DNA from: Glycera tridactyla | Lineage: Eukaryota | Direction: 5' to 3' | Length of the DNA: 64,000 bases | NCBI GenBank assembly: GCA_965644265.1 | Contig: OZ286462.1 | Span: forward strand, 89,652,001-89,716,000 | In this document: positions 1 through 10,100 of the stretch, in pieces | Layout: each line of letters opens with the position of its first letter | Position numbering within the stretch: position 1 is the first letter of the stretch | Translations under genes and position numbers: made by a program | Notes under the pieces: generated by a model | Told to the model about the DNA's origin: nothing | Databases searched by the model: none | The model's input: only the letters and a program-made list of their open reading frames with translations

Positions 1-980
1 TTAAACTTCCTCCGTCAAGGCTGTCTCTGTCAGATCCCTAAAAACGAATGAGCTTTCTCAAGTTTTTAGCCCTTGTGGTGATGGCGTTCTTACAGAAGGC
101 TTTATCCTTTTTTCACGGATCATGCCCTATAGGGCCCCGTGAGAGGGAAATTTCTTACGAGAAATTTTCACAGAAATATTTCCTATCTGGATTATGTCCC
201 TTTGGGACCCCAGATAGAGAAAAACCCTGGTTTTTGACCGGGTACCATTACTATTATACCATATAATATACTACCAATATGGATTTCTTGATGTACCGCC
301 CCTATAATGAGGCGCCATTTTGACTACTATCAGGGTTTCACCTGGAGAGTAGGGCACTGAAATCTCAATGATTATAAGATGGTGATATATATAGAAATTG
401 TCTTCTTGCTCACGCATAAATCTTTCACCTTTATTAAAGATTTCCGTGGAGAAGAACATTACAATGAACCTATAGCTTATTTTTCTGGCCTAGCTCAGGA
501 AAATAGTTACACTCACGATATATGAAATATGTAACATGAGGTACATATTATACATATATATATCAAAGGATTTACCGCCTAGGCTATACATTCGTGCTAT
601 ATCCTCTGTTACGGTTTCAAACAATCTATTGATGTATACGATTAAAGCCAACACCTAGGTGTGAAAGCTGCGAATTTGGATACGGCGAGCGAGCAGCGAG
701 CAGACTCGTGGCGAGTGAGCCGGCTTACAGCGCCTCCGGTGGCGATCGAGCCGCCCGACTCGCTACCTTTCACCCCTCGTCGATAAGCCGTTACGCCTCA
801 TTGAGCTCTACCTACCATACACCCCTAACCACGGATGAGTGGATAAGCCGTTGCATGGTGATACACCTGCGTTGCTAGGTAGACCTTAACAACCAAATCA
901 GATAAAACCAGGACCATCTTTGGGCTCATCCTCACTTCTCATTGAATCTTCATTGAGACAACACCTCCTTGACGCTCATC

Positions 981-1973
981 ATGATGGCAAACGAAACTCC
1001 TTCAAAGCGCAAATCCAAGAAGAAAACTGGTGTTATAACACCAGCATCACCATTGGCAACTACAGAAGACATGCTTGCAGTATGTCAACTGCCTATGGTG
1101 AATCTTGACTCTTCTTTGAATACAGACCTCGAAGTAAACCATAGAGAAGATGATGCTCAGCAGTCAATGACTTTGCCTGAATTGGAGTCAACGGCGGAGA
1201 TCCAGCTAACTCAAGAAGACCCGCCACAACTGTCCCAGCTTACGCAGGCTTCCTCTCAGGCGGAGATTGAGCATGCGAACAGCTTCGTACAAGAAGAAAT
1301 CCGTAATCAACTCGATGGCCTTGTGAAGAATAGGATGCAAGTGGTCGAGGAAAGAATGGACTCCTTGGGATCGAACGTGATGTCCTCCTTTCAATCAGTT
1401 TCGGAAGGAATGGTAAACCTTATCAAGGGCTTTCATGAAAATAACAGTAAAGACGAAACGGAACGAATCTTGGACCTCCTTGAAGAACGCAGGAAGAAGA
1501 GACGTAAGAAAAGGCACAGCAAGAAAAATAAGAAAGCGAGACGATGCGACTCTCCTTCGCCCTCCTCGTCCTCTTCGTCCTCTTCAGCCTCTTCGTCTGA
1601 AAGTGAAGAGGAAACAGTGGTAGTGCCGGAACCGAAACCCACTAAACCGAAAATACCTGAAATACCCTTATCAAGACTCCAGACTGTGATGGACCCACGG
1701 AAGAAAAGTAAAAAGGGAGAACAAAAAGACTTACCAGTTCCTGACTTCGATGTGGACAAGTACACGGCACATCCATCAGCTTCTCGGGTTGAAATTCCAC
1801 CTTCCATACAAAGGACTGGAGGAACCCGGAAAGAGAGGAAGTCCACCACACAGGTCCCTAAAGGGACCAAACTTCCACAAGACCCTCGCAAAACAACCCC
1901 ACGGGAAGAAGATGACTTCAATATTGAAGACTCACCGCTGGGAAGAAGGTTTATGCAGTCGATGCTGAAATGA
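981..1973 (+). CDS. DIRS ORF1a, 330 aa low-complexity protein (coiled-coil-like segment, basic KKRRKKR patch, poly-Ser); in frame with the next ORF
   Basis: First ATG at 981 (ORF track starts at TTG 969), open to TGA 1971-1973. No recognisable catalytic motif. Confidence 0.65.
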   Translation: MMANETPSKRKSKKKTGVITPASPLATTEDMLAVCQLPMVNLDSSLNTDLEVNHREDDAQQSMTLPELESTAEIQLTQEDPPQLSQLTQASSQAEIEHANSFVQEEIRNQLDGLVKNRMQVVEERMDSLGSNVMSSFQSVSEGMVNLIKGFHENNSKDETERILDLLEERRKKRRKKRHSKKNKKARRCDSPSPSSSSSSSSASSSESEEETVVVPEPKPTKPKIPEIPLSRLQTVMDPRKKSKKGEQKDLPVPDFDVDKYTAHPSASRVEIPPSIQRTGGTRKERKSTTQVPKGTKLPQDPRKTTPREEDDFNIEDSPLGRRFMQSMLK

Positions 1974-1988
1974 GATGATTCGCAGGAG

Positions 1989-3176
1989 ATGAACCCAACC
2001 CAGATGAGCCAGCGGTTGATCCGTGCTATGATCAACTGGGAAAATAAGAAGTGGCAGGACAAACTCCTTGCAAATGGATCAAAGTCAGATGATAATGATT
2101 CAGAAGAAGAAGAAGATGATGAACCTCAACCATCTACTTCACGTGACTACACACCTCCAGTACTTCAACCACAACGTGTGAAAACACCGACGCCGACGCC
2201 AACACCGACGACACCTGTGAGCTTCACACCTCAGCCTAGCCTAGCGGTCCCGTCGACTACGGAGACTCACAATCTGCAGTCACAGATACAAGGCGTAATT
2301 GCTCGAGATGAGCAATACAATGGCGATGAAACTCCCGGTCCAGAACTGTCGGAAGAATTATATGAACAACTTCACGTGATGCTGACAAGCCCTTTGGCGG
2401 AGGAACCTTTGAAGGAACTTATGAAGAAATACCTTATGCCAGCTAATGAAAAACTACTACGGGCACCAAAACTAAACCCACAAATCTTCAAGAAGCTCCA
2501 ACAGCCCCAAAAATCAACCGAAATGTCAGCACGAACCATCCAAAGTCTCCTCCTGAAGTCTATCATTTCGATGGTTGGAATGGTTGATACTATGCTCCAA
2601 GGACAGACTATGGATCCAAGTACCATTGCTACGGGTATATGGGATGCGGTACAGATGCTGTGCACAGCCAACCAGAGACTTGTAGAACAGCGAAAACAGA
2701 TTCTCAAATCGCATATTGGAATCTACAAAGTCTTGGTAGGCAAACCCATAGAGTACACTGAGCATCTTTTCGGTGACAACCTGGAAGGAGTCCTGGAACG
2801 ATTCCACAAGGCTGAAGCTGTTATAACTCGACTTGAAAAGGCTGAAAATGACAATCAAAACGCAAAAAAGGCGCCAAAAAACAAGAGGGGAGGGAACCCC
2901 TCGAAAACTACCACGCAACAACAAAATCAACAGATGCAGTGGTCAACAAACGGTGTGCCCAACTTCAATCAACATGCAACAGGGTACATGCCGTCCTACA
3001 ATCAGCAAATCCCACACATGCAGAACACGTTCGGCCATCCCAACCCATCACAGTTCAACGGTATGCCGCAACAGCAGCAACAACAGCAACAAAATGGGAG
3101 ACGCCGAAACAACAACCAAAACAACGGCAACAACGCGAACAAGAAGAAGAAGAAGAACAACAACAACAACAACTAG
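1989..3176 (+). CDS. DIRS gag-like protein, 395 aa, with a Q/N-rich basic C-terminus
   Basis: Directly upstream of pol. Segments LMPANEKLLRAPKLNPQIF and TEHLFGDNL resemble DIRS ORF1/gag cores. Ends at TAG 3174-3176. Confidence 0.8.
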   Translation: MNPTQMSQRLIRAMINWENKKWQDKLLANGSKSDDNDSEEEEDDEPQPSTSRDYTPPVLQPQRVKTPTPTPTPTTPVSFTPQPSLAVPSTTETHNLQSQIQGVIARDEQYNGDETPGPELSEELYEQLHVMLTSPLAEEPLKELMKKYLMPANEKLLRAPKLNPQIFKKLQQPQKSTEMSARTIQSLLLKSIISMVGMVDTMLQGQTMDPSTIATGIWDAVQMLCTANQRLVEQRKQILKSHIGIYKVLVGKPIEYTEHLFGDNLEGVLERFHKAEAVITRLEKAENDNQNAKKAPKNKRGGNPSKTTTQQQNQQMQWSTNGVPNFNQHATGYMPSYNQQIPHMQNTFGHPNPSQFNGMPQQQQQQQQNGRRRNNNQNNGNNANKKKKKNNNNNN

Positions 3177-3205
3177 TTGATGTAAGTGTTGACAACAATA
3201 GGTTT

Positions 3206-5248
3206 ATGGCAGGTGGTACGGCAAACCATATAGAACAATGGAAGGCTATTACTAATGATAGACGGATCATCAGGGCCGTGTCTTCTGGCGTTAAAATTGA
3301 CTTTGTGCAAATCCCGAAACAATCACGTAGGCCAGAAACAAGAACTATACCCAGCCTACGCGAACCAATGACTCTAGCTGTGAATAAACTCCTAAATGAT
3401 GGAGTGATTCGAACCTGCTCTCCCCAGGCAGGTGACTACTACTCAACAGTGTTTTTGACACCTGAAAAAGATGGTGTGTCATTCAGAATGATCATCAATC
3501 TAAAGAAAATAAAACAATACATGAAGTATCGAAAATTCAAAATGACAACAATTTACACATGTATGTCATTGATGTCACAAGATTGCTTCATGGCGGCAGT
3601 AGATTTATCGAATGCCTACTTCTCTGTCCCAGTTCATCCGAAATATTCAAAATATCTACGGTTCATATGTGACGGGACACATTATGAATTCAAGGGACTA
3701 CCGCAGGGTTTAGCATGTAGCCCCAGAGTGTTCACCAAAATAACGAAACCCATCATTTCAACTATCCAGAAACAAGGTTTCACGGCCTGCGCATACCTTG
3801 ACGACTTATATGTTCAAGGCGCGACATTTGTAGAATGTGAAAGGGCGGTTAACTTCACAGTTGATTTGCTACAAAACTTAGGTTTCCACGTAAACTTCGA
3901 TAAATCGCACATGGTCCCTGCTCAGAAACTGGTCCATTTAGGCTTTTCCTTAGATTCTAAGAAAATGGAATCCTCTATCACGTCAGAAAAATTGGAAACG
4001 ATCCGAATTAGAGCAGAGCCCCTGTTACAAGGCTCTGCTTCAATCAGAGACTGCATGATCCTATTGGGGACAATGGAGTCCTGCAGACCAGGAGTAAAAT
4101 CAGGACCAAATCATAAGCACTATTTGGAACATGCTAAAAATGAAGCGATGAAACACAAACTAGGGAACTTAGACGCTCACTTCCACCTACCAAATTATGC
4201 TAGGAATGATATACAATGGTGGCTCACTTACCCCTTACAGGACCCTCGCCCTGTCTCAATTCAGAATGTATCACACATAATGTACACAGATGCATCAAAA
4301 TTGGGCTGGGGAGCGATACTAGGAAAATCGAAAACTGGGGGCAGATGGTTACCAGATGAAACTATATTGCACATTAACCAGCTAGAACTCAAAGCAGTAC
4401 TATTAGGACTACAATCACTGTGTGACAACATTCATAATAGTCATATCCTTGTCTACTGTGATAACACAACTGCCGTAGCCTACATTACAAAAATGGGTGG
4501 ATGCAGGTCCCTACCATGCCATAAGATCGCTTGTGATATCTGGGACTGGGCCAATGCACATGGCACCCACATCTCTGCTATACACGTACCTGGGGTACAG
4601 AACGATAAAGCAGACAAGATGAGCAGAATATTCAATGATTGTACGGAGTGGCAGCTTCACCCTAAAATTTTTCAGTATATTTGTAATCATTTTGAGATCA
4701 AACCAGACATTGATTGTTTCGCATCACGATTAAACACACAACTTCCATGTTATATGTCATATAAGCCTGATCCTCACGCTATTGCTGTAGACGCTTTCCT
4801 TCATACTTGGAAAGACTTTGACTTACCTTTCTTGTTTCCTCCTTTCAGTTGTGTGGCGAAAACGCTTCAGAAGGTGGCAGCAGAGGAAGTCACGGCATTG
4901 GCGGTAACGCCGTGTTGGTTCACGGCTCCATGGATGAACCAGCTAACAAGCCTTCTCGTGGAACCGCCAGTTGTACTACAAGTAACGAAGAACATGCTCA
5001 GTCTACCCCACGACAGAAAACGAAAGCACCAGATGATACCAACCTTAAAACTATTAGCTTCCCATATCTCTGGAAAGCCATTTCGGACCTCAAATTACCA
5101 AAGACTGCGAAACTCACTATCCTTGAGTCAATCAGGGACTCAACAAAGAGACAATATAACGGGATCCTCGGTAAATGGTATACTTTCGCTGCAGGGATTC
5201 GCTGTGATCCCTACAGATTTACCGAAGATAGAATCATTGAGTTCTTAG
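3206..5248 (+). CDS. DIRS pol: reverse transcriptase + RNase H + DNA N6-adenine methyltransferase-like domain (680 aa from first ATG; frame open from 2852)
   Basis: RT motifs AVDLSNAYF, LPQGLACSPRVFTK, AYLDD. RNase H motifs YTDASKLGWG, INQLELKAV, YCDNTTAV, NDKADKMSR. MT-like motifs IDCFASRLN and LFPPFS. Confidence 0.95.
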   Translation: MAGGTANHIEQWKAITNDRRIIRAVSSGVKIDFVQIPKQSRRPETRTIPSLREPMTLAVNKLLNDGVIRTCSPQAGDYYSTVFLTPEKDGVSFRMIINLKKIKQYMKYRKFKMTTIYTCMSLMSQDCFMAAVDLSNAYFSVPVHPKYSKYLRFICDGTHYEFKGLPQGLACSPRVFTKITKPIISTIQKQGFTACAYLDDLYVQGATFVECERAVNFTVDLLQNLGFHVNFDKSHMVPAQKLVHLGFSLDSKKMESSITSEKLETIRIRAEPLLQGSASIRDCMILLGTMESCRPGVKSGPNHKHYLEHAKNEAMKHKLGNLDAHFHLPNYARNDIQWWLTYPLQDPRPVSIQNVSHIMYTDASKLGWGAILGKSKTGGRWLPDETILHINQLELKAVLLGLQSLCDNIHNSHILVYCDNTTAVAYITKMGGCRSLPCHKIACDIWDWANAHGTHISAIHVPGVQNDKADKMSRIFNDCTEWQLHPKIFQYICNHFEIKPDIDCFASRLNTQLPCYMSYKPDPHAIAVDAFLHTWKDFDLPFLFPPFSCVAKTLQKVAAEEVTALAVTPCWFTAPWMNQLTSLLVEPPVVLQVTKNMLSLPHDRKRKHQMIPTLKLLASHISGKPFRTSNYQRLRNSLSLSQSGTQQRDNITGSSVNGILSLQGFAVIPTDLPKIESLSS

Positions 5249-6018
5249 ACTCCCTCACCCAATCGGGCCTGGGCTACAGTTCTTTATTATCTGCGAAAGC
5301 AGCCCTGCTATTTGTACTACACTTACGAGTTGATGAGAAACCTCTGAAAAAGTTGGACAGATATATGAAGGGTGTCAGCCAGGGGAAACCCAGAAAAACC
5401 AAAGAATCCCACATATGGGATCCTGAGGTGGTTCTGGATTATCTAGAAACCTTTCCACCGGCTGACACCCTTCCTCTACTAGACCTAGCGAAAAAGACAG
5501 CGATGCTCATATCCTTAGCAACTGCACAAAGGGTTCAGACACTACATAGCTTGACAATTGATGATATTGTAGCAACGGATTCTTGTATTAGTCTGAATGT
5601 TAGAGAACCGATGAAACAAACCACGCATGACAGAGGTACTCCTACAATATATCTACCGAAACTAACGGAGAGACCAAATGTGTGTGCGGCGAGTTTCCTT
5701 CTAGCTTACCTGGAACGCACAGCCACCATAAGACAATCTCACTATCTTTTTGTTCAATCAACCAAACCATATCAGAGATGCAATAAAATAACCATATCAC
5801 ACTGGTTGCGGCAAACAATGGGGGGTGCAGGTATAGACAATAGGGTCTTTTCTGCCCACTCCATTCGAGCAGCAGCTAGCAGTAAAGCAGCTCTTTTCCT
5901 GCCTATATCACAAGTACTTGATGCTGTAGATTGGAAGACAGAGAGTGTCTTTCGAAAACATTACCAACGACCAATCTCGAAGAAGTCGGACTTGGCGAAA
6001 GCTATTTTTCTGAGATGA
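4930..6018 (+). CDS. DIRS tyrosine recombinase (362 aa from first ATG; frame open from 4822), overlapping the pol 3' end
   Basis: Core-binding segment STKRQY..KW. Catalytic residues appear intact: R (TAQRVQTL), K (PMKQT), HSIR (H-x-x-R), W (VDWK), Y (FRKHY). Confidence 0.93.
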   Translation: MDEPANKPSRGTASCTTSNEEHAQSTPRQKTKAPDDTNLKTISFPYLWKAISDLKLPKTAKLTILESIRDSTKRQYNGILGKWYTFAAGIRCDPYRFTEDRIIEFLDSLTQSGLGYSSLLSAKAALLFVLHLRVDEKPLKKLDRYMKGVSQGKPRKTKESHIWDPEVVLDYLETFPPADTLPLLDLAKKTAMLISLATAQRVQTLHSLTIDDIVATDSCISLNVREPMKQTTHDRGTPTIYLPKLTERPNVCAASFLLAYLERTATIRQSHYLFVQSTKPYQRCNKITISHWLRQTMGGAGIDNRVFSAHSIRAAASSKAALFLPISQVLDAVDWKTESVFRKHYQRPISKKSDLAKAIFLR

Positions 6019-6506
6019 TTGGATAATGCCATGACCCGACCATACTCCGGCAAATATACTGAGAACAGAGATCTTCTCCCGTTCACATACTATAAATTTT
6101 CCTACAATATAATAGGACAACTGTTATTGATTTGTATTACTACCATTTGTGCGTATTAGAAATATAGGATTGGTAGACCCCAACGGTAGCCGCTGGGGGA
6201 AAATGATGCTATTTGTCGATTTTATTTGCATATGATGTATCCTATGAAAATAAATGTATATATGTTTTATTATATCTGGGTGTCGTGTCTCTATGAGCTA
6301 CGTATCTGAAAGAACACACTGATATTGATATCCATGAGGGGAGCGTATCCCCTTAATAGGTATCAAACAAGCGTACTACAAAATTGGGATCACCACACGA
6401 AGCACCCATACCTGGATGGACCCACTAATATCAGTGGAGATACATGTGGTGCCAGAGGTGCCAGATATGGAGGGAAAAATAATGGAGGGTCAGAGTGAGC
6501 TCGATC

Positions 6507-6725
6507 GGGATAACCACCATAAGGGAGGTGGAAACCCTGATGAGAATCACTTATCCGACCCAATGGTAGCTAACTTACCTGTAACTCTCAACCAGGATAA
6601 ACACCACAAAAGAGGTGGTAACCCTAGTGAGAATTTTAGAAATATTACCCTGCTGAGTTATTAATAATGCGAAAAACTCGACTGGGATAACCACCACAGG
6701 GGAGGTGGAAACCCTGGTGAAAACA
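6507..6725 (+). repeat. Three ~41-nt hairpin-forming direct repeats separated by unique spacers in the DIRS 3' non-coding region
   Basis: Copies start at 6507, 6594 and 6684. Consensus GGGATAACCACC-8 nt-GGTGGAAACCCTRRTGA, with an inner CCACC/GGTGG stem and an outer GGG/CCC stem. Confidence 0.75.
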
Positions 6726-6877
6726 TCACATTATTAATATTTTTTACTCTGAAATGCGCATAAATGCACCCCAGATTCAGAGACCATATACACAAAAAAC
6801 CTCTAAAAACTATGCCGAACGGGCGTAGCTTAACCTTGAAAGGTCTATGGTTGCCTAGCGACAGAAAATGTCTGAGG

Positions 6878-7146
6878 ATTAAAGATTAAACCTAGCCCAG
6901 TAGGGCGTAGTTTGATACTTATCCTCTGACATTTTCATGTCGCTAGTGCTAACATACCCACCCTGGAACCCCCCCAAATATGTTAGCACTAAATCAGCTA
7001 CGCCCTGCTCACGCCCGTCACCTTCAAAAACTGAAGCTAAATCGCTCAAGACTCGCTTTTATAGGTCTATGTTAGCACTAGCGACATGAAAATGTCAGAG
7101 GATAAGTATCAAACTACGCCCTACTGGGCTAGGTTTAATCTTTAAT
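6878..7146. repeat. Perfect 79-bp inverted repeat at the DIRS right end (ICR/terminal pairing)
   Basis: 6878-6956 (ATTAAAGATTAAACC...GCTAACATA) is the exact reverse complement of 7068-7146. Confidence 0.95.
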
Positions 7147-10100
7147 TATACTTGCTGAGGGTACTGCCTCCACGAGTTGAAGTGCAAGAAGAAAGCAGAT
7201 GCTCACACATGATTTATATGTGGTATAAAAGCAAGAACACATGAAGAATGCATAGAACACATCATAATCCACTTGCTGGCCCTCTTATGGCCTTAATCTT
7301 GTGACTATGAGGGGACTATTTTGAGTGAGCAGTCACACTATTTGAAAAAGCCCTGTTGTTTAGCCATCAGCACAGAAATGAGATGAGCTGTGAAGAGTGC
7401 TTGGATTATTGTAGAATTTGTGAGATTAGTGAAGAGTCACCCGCATCAGTTGTTCATATCAATAGTGACTGTTGGTGATTAGTGAAACACCCATCTCTCA
7501 TCACCCAATTTGATGAAATGATGTCTTCGTAATTCAATTTCATTTTAACTCTTTGCATATACATTATAATTTGCTTTTTCTGACAATGACGAGTAAAATA
7601 GAAAGAAAACGTTTACTCAACTGTAGACAAGTAAATACAAAAGCAAATTTGAGGAAATATCTCGAATATTCAGCTTGGTGGTTGGGAACATATGCATACA
7701 AATTTCTTGAGTATGAAACTAGTATATGTGTGTATGTATGAGTTTGCAACGTGATCCAGTTAGCTATGGCTACATCATGCCAGTTAACGTCTTTGTATGG
7801 TTTCGTCGAGGGATGGCAAGGAACGTCTCAGTGAGACCCCCTCCGTTTGAAATAGGTTTCATGGAAATGGATCTATAGAGGAATGTCCGTGTCTTAGCAG
7901 GTGACAGAAGGTGAAGAAGACACTCAATTGGCCTGATCATTCCGTGCCGTGTGCGTGCTGCGCACTCCAAGTTACGACTCTGAACTGTGACCAACATAGC
8001 TGCAAGGCAGATAATGAAGGAGACTGTCAACTCCTGTGAGGGGTCACTCCCCTCTAACTTAGGAATCCCCGAAGATATCGCTTTAACAGTTTATGACATA
8101 TGAAAAGTAGTCTTTGGTTGACGTATAGATTGTAGTCAAACTGGCCAGGCGTCTCCCTCACACCTCATGCTTGCCCAATTATCTCTAGCACAGGCAATGT
8201 TCAGCTATCCAATTTAGCATCAAAAGGTGCGAGAATGTTTGTCGAGATGGCTGACGGCATGAGGTTCGGGCGCGAGCGTGAAGGCTGTCGAGCGTCACCT
8301 CGTGCCAGTCTTCGGCGTTGCTGTCGATATAGCAGCACTGTTATTGAGAAATATTTCTCTCAAATTTATGTGTCACTACATTAACCTTTGACTTGCTGCT
8401 GATAATTGGAAGCCAGGTTGACTCAGATATATTTCAATTGCATACTCCTATTAACCCGTAGGTGCAAGTCAGATATAATCTTATTAGGTCATATCTCATA
8501 AGTAAGGTATACCTCAATTGCATACTCATATAAGGCTCATTTGTATTGGTTGGATATACCTCGATTGCAAACTCTTATCAACCCATTATCATAGTGATAT
8601 TCCTTGATCAAATGCTCCTATTAGGTTATATATTCAGGTCATGTATACCTATTTAGAATACTGTTATTTGTGTTATTTATATGTCAGTAATTTCTATATT
8701 GAATACTCTTGTGAAGTCATATTTATGACTATTGAATGCTAGTGATAAATCATTCTTATAGGTCTGTTATACCTAAATTGATCACTCTGTAGGGGTTTAT
8801 CTATGGGTCAGATACAACTATTGCATACTCTAATTGAGTCATATTCATTAGTCAGATATACCTCTATTGATTATTCTTGGATACTCTTGTATAGGCATAT
8901 TGATCATGAGTTCATTGGCTCATTTTATTATAAATCACCTCAATCGCATAAATTAAACTCAATTTCATGGCATAGAGGGTTTTCCATCCTGGAATTTGCT
9001 CAAAAACCTCTAGCACATACCCTGTTATCCAACAGCTGAGCATTCATTTATCTGGTGACATTTGCCGTTAATTTGAATTGTGGCCTCGTGAAATCCCCCA
9101 ACCCAACCACTCTTACACGACAGCAGGCAATGAATCATGTAGTCGAGCATACTTGTTTTCCGTCATTGCCACTATGATGACAGTAATAGAGAGGGTTATT
9201 CACCCGGCGGTCATGGTCGGAACATCCGGTGTCAGTTGTTGGGAGAAGATAGTTGTCTTTTGTGTTGTGAACTTTGCCTCCAGTCCCGTTGATTGTTCTT
9301 GTCTGAACATTTGGAGGTGTTCTCTGTGTGACACATCTGTTGACATCAGAGATTCTTGCCAGCAATGATAAGTTGAGTGCAACTTGGCCAACATTCGATT
9401 TTAATTATGTAAACTTCAACATAATTGATTTCAAGTTATGGTCTAATTTGGTTCAATATGAATCCCATCCGCATTAAAACTCTTCTTAGCAACAAAAACC
9501 CGACCCGTCCCCCAGCTATCAGTATCGACCACCTGTCTATGAAGGCCAACCAGATCAGTGACTACAGAAGTATTTTCTATAGTTAACAATCTTTTGACAA
9601 AGGCAACATGGCTACAAATATCTTTTTTTCATGCGAGCATGGGTCTTCTTTCCAGAAAGCTTTGACTGTACATGGTTTTTGTGTGTGGTGGGGGGGGGGG
9701 GGGCATGTGTTTGTGTGTGTGTGTGTGTGCCTGTGCATGTGTGTGCAGTGTGTGTGTGAGTGGGAGGCTGTGTGTGTCTGCTTGTGTGTGAGAGAGTAGA
9801 GAGGGGTAGAAAGAGAGAGCAAAGAGGGAGGGAGACGTTGAAACAAGGCACTGCAGGTGTTGATCCCCTACTCATTCTGAAAGAACCACTGCCGTCTTTC
9901 GCGAAGTCCGATGGATCATTTTTTTTCAAGTTGGGATTGTTAAGTCATTATTTTTTCTGAAGAAGATCTACGACTAAAAGCAACCAGCCTGTGATCTGGA
10001 GTATTGGATCTACTCCAAACTGCAGGCTCACAGTCACAGGACCGCAGCAAGAGACCATGGATCAGCCTATTGGCTGTTATGTCGAGGTGCTCTCCATCTG

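Larger units (their letters stand above)
1..7146 (+). mobile_element. DIRS1-like tyrosine-recombinase retrotransposon, apparently intact; left terminus not identified (probably at or upstream of the window edge)
   Basis: ORF order gag-like / RT-RNaseH-methyltransferase-like / overlapping tyrosine recombinase, all uninterrupted. A 79-bp inverted repeat at the right end (6878-6956 vs 7068-7146) resembles the ICR/terminus pairing of DIRS1 elements. Confidence 0.9.

Noticed and set aside
6290-6345. Possible SECIS (ATGA...AAA...GA) to recode the UGA at 1971
   Set aside because: The required helix between the quartet and the apical AA does not pair.
6538-6580. CTGATGA as a second hammerhead core in the DIRS element
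   Set aside because: No helix II followed by GAAA and no cleavage triplet. Other CTGATGA hits I noticed in the window also lack the full core.
6507-6725. Repeat-spacer pattern as a CRISPR array
   Set aside because: Only three diverged repeats, no cas genes, eukaryotic context, and located inside a retrotransposon 3' region.
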